The notes under the pieces are model-generated. The model did no database searches. It had not been told where the DNA came from and worked only from the letters and a program-made list of their open reading frames with translations. The position numbers were made by a program, and so were the translations under genes. From an uncultured Staphylococcaceae bacterium (lineage in GTDB: Bacteria; Bacillota_I; Bacilli_A; ML615J-28; CAG-313): a stretch of 44,793 bases of DNA. Of this stretch, positions 25,118 through 33,894 are shown piece by piece. Location of the stretch: assembly GCA_964474685.1 (NCBI GenBank), contig CAYYTE010000001.1:40599-85391 (forward strand), written 5' to 3'. Numbering within the stretch: the stretch's first letter is position 1; each line of letters starts with the position of its first letter.

Positions 25118-26564
25118 AGCAAAAAGAAAAATTGATTATAATGGGGAACCGCTACTTCGAGTTGTTCATTTAAAGCAATATTTTAAATTAGGCCATCACG
25201 AGAAATTAAAAGCAATTCATGATATTAGTTTTGATATTTATCGTGGAGAAGCATTTGGTTTAGTAGGTGAATCTGGCTGTGGTAAAACTACAACAGGACG
25301 TTCTATTATTAAACTTTATGATATTACCTCTGGCTCTATATATTTTAAAGGCCAAAGAATTTCAGCAGGAACTCGTTGGAACGAAAAGGAAATAAAATTT
25401 TCAAAGATTCGTTCTTTCGCAAAGATTGCTGATTATAAGCGTCAAGAGAAAGAAGCATTATCAAACTATAAACTAGAAGCAAAAGATGACTTAGAAGAAA
25501 AACTTGCTACAGTTGATTCGGATAATGGTGATTCCTTTGATGAAGTAAAGAGTGCATATAAACAAGAACTTCAAGAGAATATTCAAAAGATTCGCTCAAA
25601 TTATGATGACCTTTGTTTAACTGAACAAAAGAAGTTAAACGAAGTAGTAAAAGAGCAGTTGGATCAAATTCATAAAGCAAAATTTGACCAAAGATATTGT
25701 GATAGAGTATATTCTGATCAACAAGTGAGAAAAGTACAATCAGAATATTTCCCTAGAATGAATCAATTAGAAAAAGAAATGGCAGCTTTAAAAGATAAAG
25801 ATGTTGTGGCATTCAATGAAAAACGTGAAGAATATAATTTATTAAAAGATGAGTACAAAGAAAAGTTTAGATTGGCATCAAAGAGTCGTTTGGTAACCCA
25901 AATTCAAATGATTTTCCAAGACCCGATTGCTTCTCTTGACCCAAGAATGACAGTTCGTGAGATTATTTCTGAAGGACTAGTTATTCATGGTATTCGTGAT
26001 AAAGAAGAAATTGATCAAAAGGTATTTGAAGTATTACGTTTAGTTGGATTGGTACCAGAACATGCTACTCGTTATCCTCATGAATTCTCAGGTGGACAAA
26101 GACAAAGAATTGGTATTGCAAGAGCTATTATTATGCATCCTGAACTAATTATTGCAGATGAACCTATTAGTGCTCTTGACGTATCTATTCAAGCACAGGT
26201 AATCAACCTTCTAAATGAATTAAGAGATAAGATGGGTTTGACAATTATGTTTATTGCCCATGATTTATCTGTAGTTAAGTATTTCTGTGACCGAATTGCT
26301 GTTATGTATTTTGGTACAATTGTTGAACTTGCTACATCTGAAGAATTATTTAAAAATCCTTTGCATCCTTATACTCGTTCTTTACTATCTGCGATTCCTC
26401 AACCTGACCCTAATTATGAAAAGAATCGTAAAAGAATCACGTATAACCCCGCAAAAGAACATGATTATTCTAAAGATAAACCAACTTTGCAAGAAATCAT
26501 TCCTGGACATTTCGTTTATGCGAATAATCCAGAAATCGAACAATATCGTAAGATGTTAAAATAG
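25107..26564 (+). CDS. oppF: Oligopeptide ABC transporter ATP-binding protein with ~165-aa internal insertion
   Basis: The ATG at 25107 follows gaaggagg; the track ORF uses the GTG at 25098. A K/E-rich insertion follows Walker A GESGCGKTT. After that come IQMIFQDP, YPHEFSGGQRQR, IIADEPISALD, IAHDL and NPLHPYTRSLL. Confidence 0.8.
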   Translation: MEDKAKRKIDYNGEPLLRVVHLKQYFKLGHHEKLKAIHDISFDIYRGEAFGLVGESGCGKTTTGRSIIKLYDITSGSIYFKGQRISAGTRWNEKEIKFSKIRSFAKIADYKRQEKEALSNYKLEAKDDLEEKLATVDSDNGDSFDEVKSAYKQELQENIQKIRSNYDDLCLTEQKKLNEVVKEQLDQIHKAKFDQRYCDRVYSDQQVRKVQSEYFPRMNQLEKEMAALKDKDVVAFNEKREEYNLLKDEYKEKFRLASKSRLVTQIQMIFQDPIASLDPRMTVREIISEGLVIHGIRDKEEIDQKVFEVLRLVGLVPEHATRYPHEFSGGQRQRIGIARAIIMHPELIIADEPISALDVSIQAQVINLLNELRDKMGLTIMFIAHDLSVVKYFCDRIAVMYFGTIVELATSEELFKNPLHPYTRSLLSAIPQPDPNYEKNRKRITYNPAKEHDYSKDKPTLQEIIPGHFVYANNPEIEQYRKMLK

Positions 26565-26572
26565 GTATTTAT

Positions 26573-27007
26573 ATGGATGAAGAAAGTGAAAAAAAGCGCA
26601 CAAGAATAAAACACTTCCTACTTACATATGGAATTACCTTTATATCATCCCTTGTTGCAGTATTTATTGTTATGATAATCTTAGGAGTTTTTGCTACTAA
26701 GGATAGACTAGAAATATATAACGATATTAGCGATAGCTTTATGGTTGTTGGCGTTATGCTTTCAGGCTATGGAGCGCTCGTATTAGTTAGTAATGGTGGG
26801 GCATTTGATATGCTAGCTTATGGCTTTATATCTGCAATAATTATTTTATTCCCATTCTATAGTAAAGAAAAAAAGCATACATCTTATTATGAATATCACT
26901 TAGCAAGAAGAGAAAAAGGAACGCATACCTTTTGGCATCTTGTTTTTATAGGACTATTTCATATTGCTATGTCTGGGTTATTTGCTTATATTGGCTTTTA
27001 TGCATAA
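26573..27007 (+). CDS. Small polytopic membrane protein (possibly DUF3899-like), last gene of the opp transcription unit
   Basis: It starts 9 bp after oppF, has three to four hydrophobic helices, and is followed by a strong terminator. No catalytic motif was recognised. Confidence 0.45.
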   Translation: MDEESEKKRTRIKHFLLTYGITFISSLVAVFIVMIILGVFATKDRLEIYNDISDSFMVVGVMLSGYGALVLVSNGGAFDMLAYGFISAIIILFPFYSKEKKHTSYYEYHLARREKGTHTFWHLVFIGLFHIAMSGLFAYIGFYA

Positions 27008-27026
27008 ATCATAAAGACTACAAAAA

Positions 27027-27054
27027 ATGGTCCTCCGTTTGGAGGGCCATTTTA
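27027..27054 (+). terminator. Intrinsic terminator of the opp operon
   Basis: atggtcctcc-gttt-ggagggccat followed by ttt. Confidence 0.8.
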
Positions 27055-27162
27055 ATTGAAAATAGGCTCAATTTTCTTATAAACTATTAGGAATAATCAA
27101 GTATTATGATTTTTTAAACAATAAGATTAATCTTCCTAGTCTAAAAAACTTATAAATAGGTA

Positions 27163-27191
27163 TTGCATATTGGTGGAAATTATGCTATAAT
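27163..27191 (+). promoter_or_regulatory. Putative sigma-A promoter of spx
   Basis: TTGCAT (27163-27168), a 17-nt spacer, then an extended -10 TGcTATAAT (27183-27191). Confidence 0.55.
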
Positions 27192-27210
27192 AATTACTAG
27201 AGGTGAAATT

Positions 27211-27645
27211 ATGATTCAGATTTATACAACTCCAAGCTGCGCATCCTGCCGTAAAGCAAAAAAGTGGTTTGATCAGTATCATATCCCATATACAGAAAAA
27301 AACATTTTTAGCATCAAACTTAGTAAAGAAGATATTTTAAGGATGTTGGCAAACTCTGAGAACGGATTTGAAGATATTATTTCAACGCGGTCAAAGATAT
27401 TTAAGGAAAAAAAATTAGTTCCAGATGGAATGAGTTTTTCTGAGATGGTTAGTTTTATTATTGACTATCCTAGTGTTTTAAAAAGACCGATTATTATTAA
27501 TGAAAACGAACTTCAAGTAGGATATAATAATGAGGATATCACTATTTTCTTACCAAAAGAATTAAGACATACGGAAATGTTTAATACAATTCCTGATGAT
27601 GATTCTGTAGAAGAAGATGACGAAGATGAGGAAGATGAAGAGTAA
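27211..27645 (+). CDS. spx: Spx/ArsC-family transcriptional regulator with acidic C-terminal tail
   Basis: The start was moved to the ATG at 27211, after aggtga. The protein begins MIQIYTTPSCASCRKAKKWF (CxxC redox switch), contains LKRPIII, and ends DDDSVEEDDEDEEDEE. Confidence 0.85.
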   Translation: MIQIYTTPSCASCRKAKKWFDQYHIPYTEKNIFSIKLSKEDILRMLANSENGFEDIISTRSKIFKEKKLVPDGMSFSEMVSFIIDYPSVLKRPIIINENELQVGYNNEDITIFLPKELRHTEMFNTIPDDDSVEEDDEDEEDEE

Positions 27646-27649
27646 AAAG

Positions 27650-27681
27650 AAGAACCACGAATAGTGTGGTTCTCCTTTTTT
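27650..27681. terminator. Bidirectional intrinsic terminator (spx, and the convergent CYTH gene after its repeat-containing 3' UTR)
   Basis: gaaccac-gaatagt-gtggttc, with a T-rich run on the plus strand (tcctttttt) and on the minus strand (ttcttcttttt). Confidence 0.75.
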
Positions 27682-27811
27682 AATGCTTATTAAGCAATTT
27701 ACATTGTCATTCTTAATACTTTATAAGCATAAATGCTTCATTAGCAATTTACATAGTCCTTCTTAATGCTTCATAAGCAATTTACATAGTCCTTCTTAAT
27801 GCTTCATAAGC
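27681..27811. repeat. Degenerate 33-bp tandem repeat (about 4.5 units) reiterating the 3' end of the CYTH gene
   Basis: Units lie at 27681-27713, 27714-27730 (truncated), 27731-27763 and 27764-27796, with a partial unit at 27797-27811. The consensus is taatgcttcataagcaatttacatagtccttct. The two gene-proximal full units differ at 2 positions. Confidence 0.85.
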
Positions 27812-28357
27812 TCTAAGTATTTTTGCTTGGCTTTTTTTATAAGTAACTTTTAAACCTTTAACTAATTCTACAAATTCTTTTTTTGCTTGCTCGCGTGAAG
27901 TTGCTGAGTAGATTAGTTCAAAATCGGTTTTATTAACATATGTGCATTTGTCGATTGCTGCGTGTCCTCTCGCATAGGAGAAGTAAACACGATAAGTTGA
28001 TAAATACATATAGTTTACTAATTTTTGTTCTTTTATTGTACTTTGTAATTCTTGATTGATTTCCTTACTTGGGCATATGCCTTCTTCAATCATAAGTTTT
28101 GCTTCTTCTTCAGTCATTACATAGGTAATTTCTTGAATTTGATAACCTTTTTTGCATTTATAGGTAAGTTCGTACTTTTCCTTTTTTCTAATTCTTAGTC
28201 CAATATCGCTTGCTTTTAATGTAAATCTAGGTGTATCAAAATAATAGTTTGTTTGAGTGTTCGAAGGTTTGTCTTTATATTTATCGATTAAACGATTATA
28301 TTCCTCTTCTGATAGTAATGTTGCAAATTCATTCTCTAAATCCTTATCTTTATTCAT
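27782..28357 (-). CDS. CYTH-domain protein (YjbK-like, triphosphate tunnel metalloenzyme family)
   Basis: RBS gaggtg. LENEFATLLSEEEYNRL...QTNYYFDTPRFTLKASDIGLRIRKKEKYELTYKCK matches the YjbK-type CYTH pattern. The position next to relQ matches the Bacillus yjbK-yjbM arrangement. Confidence 0.7.
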   Translation of the reverse strand: MNKDKDLENEFATLLSEEEYNRLIDKYKDKPSNTQTNYYFDTPRFTLKASDIGLRIRKKEKYELTYKCKKGYQIQEITYVMTEEEAKLMIEEGICPSKEINQELQSTIKEQKLVNYMYLSTYRVYFSYARGHAAIDKCTYVNKTDFELIYSATSREQAKKEFVELVKGLKVTYKKSQAKILRAYEALRRTM

Positions 28358-28479
28358 AGTGCACCTCTCGTTTCAATTTTATAAAGATTATACACTACTA
28401 TTACTTTTTTTGCAACTAATATATACAATTTATTTTTTTTAGAAATTATTTAGAAATTAGAAAAAACTAGTTTTATTCA

Positions 28480-28508
28480 TTGCAAGTATTTGGGTCCTAT
28501 GGTATAAT
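28480..28508 (+). promoter_or_regulatory. Putative sigma-A promoter of relQ-rluA unit
   Basis: TTGCAA (28480-28485), a 17-nt spacer, then an extended -10 TGgTATAAT (28500-28508). Confidence 0.55.
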
Positions 28509-28538
28509 ATATAATAGAATAGAAAAAAAGGTGATAGT

Positions 28539-29237
28539 ATGAATGATGTAATAACAACTGTAGATGCATTTAATTGGCCTCAATTTCTACAACCCTACGA
28601 ACTTGCGGTTGAAGGTTTTATTTTAAAAATTGAAGGTATTAAAAAACAATATCAACTTGCGGGAATGTATTGCCCGATTGAAATTGTTTCCGGTCGTGTT
28701 AAGACTCCAGAAAGTATTTTAGATAAAGCGAGTAGAATGGAGGTTGCCTTTCCTGATATTGCGAAAAAAGTATATGATATTGGTGGCATAAGAATTACTT
28801 GTAAATATATCAAAGATGTATATATGATTGCGGATTTATTGAAATCACGAAAAGATATTGTATTAAAAGAAGAACGTGATTATATTTCACATCCTAAGGC
28901 GAGTGGATATCGTTCCCTTCACCTTATTATGAAGTATAATGTTGAAACGATTCACGGTCAAGTTCCGATTATGTTAGAATTTCAAATTCGTACTCACGCA
29001 ATGCATTTTTGGGCAAGTATTGAACATTCTTTGAAATATAAATATCAAAAAAGAATTCCTATTGAACTTCAAGAAAGGTTACGTCAAGCTTCTCTTGCTG
29101 CGGAAAGATTAGATAATGAAATGAGTTCGATTCATGACTTAATTGATAAATTAGATTCTTCGGGTGTGGGACAGTCTAGTAAAATAAAAGATTCTTATGA
29201 GGATGAGGTAGGGATTAATACCTATAAAAGATGGTAA
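28539..29237 (+). CDS. relQ: Small alarmone synthetase (GTP pyrophosphokinase, RelQ/SAS type)
   Basis: GRVKTPESILDK, DIGGIRITC, SGYRSLHLI and EFQIRTHAMHFWASIEH are RelA/SpoT synthetase-domain motifs. At 232 aa it has no hydrolase domain. Confidence 0.85.
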   Translation: MNDVITTVDAFNWPQFLQPYELAVEGFILKIEGIKKQYQLAGMYCPIEIVSGRVKTPESILDKASRMEVAFPDIAKKVYDIGGIRITCKYIKDVYMIADLLKSRKDIVLKEERDYISHPKASGYRSLHLIMKYNVETIHGQVPIMLEFQIRTHAMHFWASIEHSLKYKYQKRIPIELQERLRQASLAAERLDNEMSSIHDLIDKLDSSGVGQSSKIKDSYEDEVGINTYKRW

Positions 29238-29238
29238 T

Positions 29239-30108
29239 ATGATTTTATCATATGTTGTTGAAATTGAATTTGATCAATTTAAAATCTGTGATTTCTTAAA
29301 ACTAAAAGGTGTTACGGATAATTCATTAAAAGAAATAGCTAAAGGAAATGGACAATTACTTGTAAATGATATGGTTGTTATGAATTATTATATTGTTTCT
29401 TTTAAAGATAAAGTAAAAGTTGTATTACCAACTTGTAGTATTAAAAATTCTATCATTCCAGTTAATCATCCCTTTGAGATTTTATATGAAGATTCATATA
29501 TGCTTGTTATTAATAAAGAATCAAATGTTGCAACGATTCCTACCAGGAAATACTATAAAAATTCTTTAGCAAATTATGTTCTATGTTATTATTTAAAAAA
29601 AGGCATTCTTGCCAATGTTCATTTTGTTTCGAGACTGGATGAGGCGACTTCTGGTATTATTATATGTTCAAAATCTCCTGGATTTGTAGAGATGATGAAA
29701 CAGTGCGATTTAGTAAAAAAGTATTTACTTGAAGTAACGAAGAGTCCCTCTTTAAAAGAAGGCGAAATTTCAGGATATATTCAAAAAGATACAACAAGCA
29801 TTATTAAAAGACAATTTGATTCGAATTCTCATTCTATAAATAGTATTACCAAGTATCGTGTTCTAAAAGAGATGGAAAACAAAACATTAATTGAAGCAAC
29901 ACTAGTAACAGGTAAAACACATCAATTACGTATTCATTTCTCTTCTATCGGCTCGAGTATTATTGGTGATGAACTTTACGGGGAAAAAAGTAGTGATGGT
30001 ATTTTACATTTGCATAGTTATAATACTTCGTTTGTTCATCCGATAACGAAAGTTCGATTGGAATTTCAAACACTTCCTAAATGGGTGAATCCGTTAGATT
30101 TAAAATAA
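29239..30108 (+). CDS. RluA-family pseudouridine synthase (YjbO/RluD-like)
   Basis: An S4-like N-terminus, the catalytic block VSRLDEATSGIII (Asp retained; S replaces the usual H), and GKTHQLRIH. Confidence 0.8.
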   Translation: MILSYVVEIEFDQFKICDFLKLKGVTDNSLKEIAKGNGQLLVNDMVVMNYYIVSFKDKVKVVLPTCSIKNSIIPVNHPFEILYEDSYMLVINKESNVATIPTRKYYKNSLANYVLCYYLKKGILANVHFVSRLDEATSGIIICSKSPGFVEMMKQCDLVKKYLLEVTKSPSLKEGEISGYIQKDTTSIIKRQFDSNSHSINSITKYRVLKEMENKTLIEATLVTGKTHQLRIHFSSIGSSIIGDELYGEKSSDGILHLHSYNTSFVHPITKVRLEFQTLPKWVNPLDLK

Positions 30109-30119
30109 TTTACTATTTT

Positions 30120-30160
30120 CTTATACCTATAGACATTGTATAAGCTTGTTTGTTTTTTTT
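30120..30160 (+). terminator. Possible weak terminator after the pseudouridine synthase gene
   Basis: cttatac (30120-30126) pairs with gtataag (30138-30144), followed by a T-rich run ending in tttttttt. Confidence 0.35.
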
Positions 30161-30162
30161 AC

Positions 30163-30191
30163 TTGCATTCTGAAATCTCTTGTGGTATAAT
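30163..30191 (+). promoter_or_regulatory. Putative sigma-A promoter of the pheST leader
   Basis: TTGCAT (30163-30168), a 17-nt spacer, then an extended -10 TGgTATAAT (30183-30191). Confidence 0.55.
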
Positions 30192-30199
30192 AATTTTAT

Positions 30200-30437
30200 A
30201 AAGCGTTGATTGAGAAGAGTATTTAATTTATGATTTTCTAGAGAGAGTAAATTTGAAATAGGGAACTATTTCTTAGGTGGAAGTTACTTAAATCAGAATT
30301 ATTGAAAGTTCGCTCATGAGTGGTTGTAAGAAAACCCGTGGAATTCCGCGTTAAGGAGAATTGAGTGCCAAGACTTTTGTTTTGGAATTAAGGTGGTACC
30401 ACGTATTTAGCGTCCTTATTATTAAGGGCGTTTTTTT
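30200..30437 (+). promoter_or_regulatory. T-box riboswitch leader, Phe-specific
   Basis: The AG-bulge-like AGAGAGTA lies at 30240-30247 and a distal-loop-like GGTGGAA at about 30277. The candidate specifier UUC is at 30309-30311, in the context gaaag-TTC-g. The T-box sequence AATTAAGGTGGTACCACG is at 30386-30403. The terminator is cgtcctta-ttat-taagggcg plus T7 (30411-30437). The leader sits directly upstream of pheS. Confidence 0.85.
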
Positions 30438-30458
30438 GCGCGATTGGAGGAAAAAAAT

Positions 30459-31502
30459 ATGGATGATTTAGAATTAAATAAGATTCATGAAGAGGCAAAC
30501 AAGGCAATTCAAGATGTTGATACGGAACAAAAATTGAATGAGGTACGTTCTTTTTATATGGGAAAGAAAAGTCCTTTGTCTCAAATAATGAAAAGTCTTG
30601 CAAATCTTTGCCAAGAGGAAAAGAAAGAAATTGGGCAAAAGATTAATGAAGTTAGAACGAAGATTAATGAACAATTAGATAGTAAAAAAAGGGAAATTAA
30701 AAAGCGTGAAATTGAATTGAAATTATCTAGTGAAAAAGTAGATATTACGCTTCCTGGTAGAGTGTTTCCAAGTGGAAGTATTCACCCGTTACAACAAGTA
30801 ATTGAAGAATTATCGGATATTTTTATTGGAATGGGATATTCGATTGTAGATGGACCGGAGTTAGAAGAAGATGTTTATAACTTTGAAATGTTAAATGTTC
30901 CTAAGAACCATCCCGCAAGAGATATGCAAGATTCTTTCTATATTACAGATAATTATTTACTACGTACACAAACTTCTTCTATGCAAGCACGTACATTATT
31001 AAAAGCAAAGGGCCAACCTGTGAAAATTATCGCACCGGGAGCTACTTTCAGGCGCGATGATGATGATGCTACTCATAGTCATCAATTTTCCCAATTAGAA
31101 GGTCTGGTTGTAGATACAAATATAACGATGTCGGATTTAAAAGGGACCTTAGATTTACTTATGAAAAAGATGTTTGGTGAAGACCGGGCAATTCGTTTTC
31201 GCCCTTCCTATTTTCCTTTCACTGAACCTTCAGTTGAAGTTGATGTGAGTTGTTTTAAGTGTGGAGGAAAAGGTTGTAATATATGTAAACAAACGGGGTG
31301 GATTGAATTATTAGGTGCTGGTATGGTACACCCGAATGTTTTAAAACAAGCCGGTTATGATACAAATAAATATCGTGGTTTTGCTTTTGGAATGGGTATT
31401 GAACGGGTTGTTATGTTAAGACATGGAATCGATGATATTCGTAACTTTTATTTGAATGATGAAAGATTTTTAAAACAATTTGAAGGAGATGAAACAAAAT
31501 GA
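30459..31502 (+). CDS. pheS: Phenylalanine--tRNA ligase alpha subunit
   Basis: The ATG at 30459 follows ggagg; the track ORF starts at the TTG at 30444. It has [11 protein letters not shown], the motif 2 region [12 protein letters not shown] and motif 3 [11 protein letters not shown]. Confidence 0.9.
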   Translation: MDDLELNKIHEEANKAIQDVDTEQKLNEVRSFYMGKKSPLSQIMKSLANLCQEEKKEIGQKINEVRTKINEQLDSKKREIKKREIELKLSSEKVDITLPGRVFPSGSIHPLQQVIEELSDIFIGMGYSIVDGPELEEDVYNFEMLNVPKNHPARDMQDSFYITDNYLLRTQTSSMQARTLLKAKGQPVKIIAPGATFRRDDDDATHSHQFSQLEGLVVDTNITMSDLKGTLDLLMKKMFGEDRAIRFRPSYFPFTEPSVEVDVSCFKCGGKGCNICKQTGWIELLGAGMVHPNVLKQAGYDTNKYRGFAFGMGIERVVMLRHGIDDIRNFYLNDERFLKQFEGDETK

Positions 31503-33886
31503 TCGTATCTGAAAAGTGGTTACAAGAATTAGTGAATATTTCTACATCTCCCGAGGAGTTTGTAGAAAATATGTCACTGCATTCTACTGAAATAGAAACA
31601 TATAATGCCTTAACGAAAGCAACGAAAGTTGTTATTGGAAAAGTTTTGGAATGTATTCCTCACCCAGACTCAAATCATCTACATGTTTGTAAAGTAGATA
31701 TTGGTAAAGAAATATTACAAATTGTTTGTGGAGCTCCAAATTGCACGGAAGGTATTAAAGTAATTGTTGCTTTAGTCGGATGTGAATTGCCGAATATATT
31801 TATTAAACAATCGGTGATTCGTGGGGTTGAATCGAATGGGATGCTTTGTTCTTTACAAGAACTTGGCATAAATGAATCGGTTGTGGAAGAAAAATACAAA
31901 AAAGGAATATATATTTTTGATGAGGAAGCGCCAATTGGTGTAGATGCTTTAAAGTATTTAGAGTTGCATGATGAAGTTTATGAACTAGGGTTAACACCGA
32001 ATCGAATGGATTTATTATCGATGAATGGTGTTGCTCAAGATGTGAGTTGTATTTACCAATCTAAGATTAAACCGCTTGTTTATGATTTAGTTGAATCGCC
32101 TATATTAACCAAAGATGTAGTAACCGTTAGATTGAATACTCCGAAATGTCTTAGTTATGTTGCTCGAGTGGTTCGTGGGGTTACAATTAAAGATTCTCCG
32201 AATTGGTTAAAGGCTCGCCTTATGGCATCCGGTGTTCGTCCGATTAACAATGTTGTAGATATATCGAATTATATTATGCTTTTGTTTGGTCAACCTCTTC
32301 ATTTCTTTGATGAGGATTTGATGAAGGATGATATTGTTGTTCGAATGGCGAATGATGATGAAAAGTGTGTTACGATTGATGAAAAAGAAAGAACTCTTAA
32401 TTCCAGTGATATTGTAATTACAGATGGTGAATCGATTGGCTGTATTGCGGGGGTAATGGGTTGTTTATCGAAATCTATTCATGATAATACGAAAAATATC
32501 TTAATTGAATCTGCTGTTTTTGATTCCACATCGATTCGTAAAACTTCTTCAAGACTATTACTTAGAAGCGAAGCGTCTACTCGTTATGAACGAGGGGTTG
32601 ATATTAGCCAATCTGAAAAAGCTTGTGAATATGCTTGCTATCTTTTACAAAGTCTTGCGGGGGGAGTTGTATTAAAGGGATGTGTTCATGAAGGAATTCA
32701 AAAGATAGAGGATAAGGCTTTTGATATATCTGAAGAATATGTTCGTGACTATTTAGGAATATCCTTTTCTAAAGAAAAAATTTGTGATATTTTTACTCGT
32801 TTAGGTTTTACTTGTAAAGTAGATAAGTCTGTTCATGTTTTAGTGCCTTCGAGAAGAATGGATATTACGATTCCTCAAGATTTAATTGAAGAACTTGGTC
32901 GTATGAATGGTTATGATTCCCTTTTAAAAACATTCCCTGTTTCGAATATTTGTGGAGTACTTCCTAAAAAAGAACATATGGAAAGAATGACAAGGCATAT
33001 ATTTAGTGATTTAGGTATGAGGGAGTGCGTTAGTTATGCACTTGTTAGTAAGAACTTAAGTTATGAGTTTCCTTATTTCTTTAGTGGAGATGAATTACCT
33101 ATTGAGCTTCTTCACCCTCTAAGTGAAGACCATTCTACTTTAAGAAGATCACTAATTCCAAGTCTTGTAAATATTGCTGTATATAACAATTATCGTAAAA
33201 ATAACAATTTAGCTTTATTTGAGATAGGAAGAATTTATCAATCCCTAGGTGATTCATATAAAGAGACTATGCATCTTGCTGGATATATTGCGGGGGTGCA
33301 AGGAGGAACTATATGGCAGAATAAGAGTGTTAATGTAGATTTCTTTTATTTGAAGGGGCTTTTAGAAACCTACTTTAAAAAATTAAATTTAAATGTAACT
33401 TATTCTAGGTTAAATAAAGAATTGCCTGAGATTCACCCGGGTCAAAGTTGTGAAATTTTATTAGGGGAATTACCAATTGGTTTTATGGGAGCTCTTCACC
33501 CTGAATATGAAAAAAATAAAGATGTTGAACCTGGATTTGTGTTTGAGATTAATTTGGATGCAATTATTCATTACTCCGTTGATACGATCATGTTTCATGC
33601 GATTCCAAAAGTACCTGCTGTTTATCGTGATTTTGCTTTTGTTATGGCAACGGATTTAGAAGTTGGTAAGGTAATTGATTCAATTTATCATAGTGACCGT
33701 TCTATTTCACAAGTGGATGTATTTGATGTATATAGTGCTGGAAATTTGTTAACCGGAACTAAGAGTGTTGCAATGCGTGTTACTTTTACAAGTGATGAAC
33801 AATTAACAAATGATGCTATTAATGAAAAAGTATCTAGATTGCTTCATACCTTAGAGTATCTATATCATATTACTTTACGTGAATAG
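31499..33886 (+). CDS. pheT: Phenylalanine--tRNA ligase beta subunit
   Basis: ATGA overlap with pheS. The N-terminal tRNA-binding domain ([25 protein letters not shown]) is followed by B3/B4, B5 and FDX-ACB-like segments. The 795 aa length is typical. Confidence 0.9.
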   Translation: MIVSEKWLQELVNISTSPEEFVENMSLHSTEIETYNALTKATKVVIGKVLECIPHPDSNHLHVCKVDIGKEILQIVCGAPNCTEGIKVIVALVGCELPNIFIKQSVIRGVESNGMLCSLQELGINESVVEEKYKKGIYIFDEEAPIGVDALKYLELHDEVYELGLTPNRMDLLSMNGVAQDVSCIYQSKIKPLVYDLVESPILTKDVVTVRLNTPKCLSYVARVVRGVTIKDSPNWLKARLMASGVRPINNVVDISNYIMLLFGQPLHFFDEDLMKDDIVVRMANDDEKCVTIDEKERTLNSSDIVITDGESIGCIAGVMGCLSKSIHDNTKNILIESAVFDSTSIRKTSSRLLLRSEASTRYERGVDISQSEKACEYACYLLQSLAGGVVLKGCVHEGIQKIEDKAFDISEEYVRDYLGISFSKEKICDIFTRLGFTCKVDKSVHVLVPSRRMDITIPQDLIEELGRMNGYDSLLKTFPVSNICGVLPKKEHMERMTRHIFSDLGMRECVSYALVSKNLSYEFPYFFSGDELPIELLHPLSEDHSTLRRSLIPSLVNIAVYNNYRKNNNLALFEIGRIYQSLGDSYKETMHLAGYIAGVQGGTIWQNKSVNVDFFYLKGLLETYFKKLNLNVTYSRLNKELPEIHPGQSCEILLGELPIGFMGALHPEYEKNKDVEPGFVFEINLDAIIHYSVDTIMFHAIPKVPAVYRDFAFVMATDLEVGKVIDSIYHSDRSISQVDVFDVYSAGNLLTGTKSVAMRVTFTSDEQLTNDAINEKVSRLLHTLEYLYHITLRE

Positions 33887-33894
33887 GGATATAA

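Noticed and set aside
27681-27811. CRISPR array
   Set aside because: The 33-bp units are directly abutting with no unique spacers, and they are copies of a gene 3' end. No cas genes are in the window.
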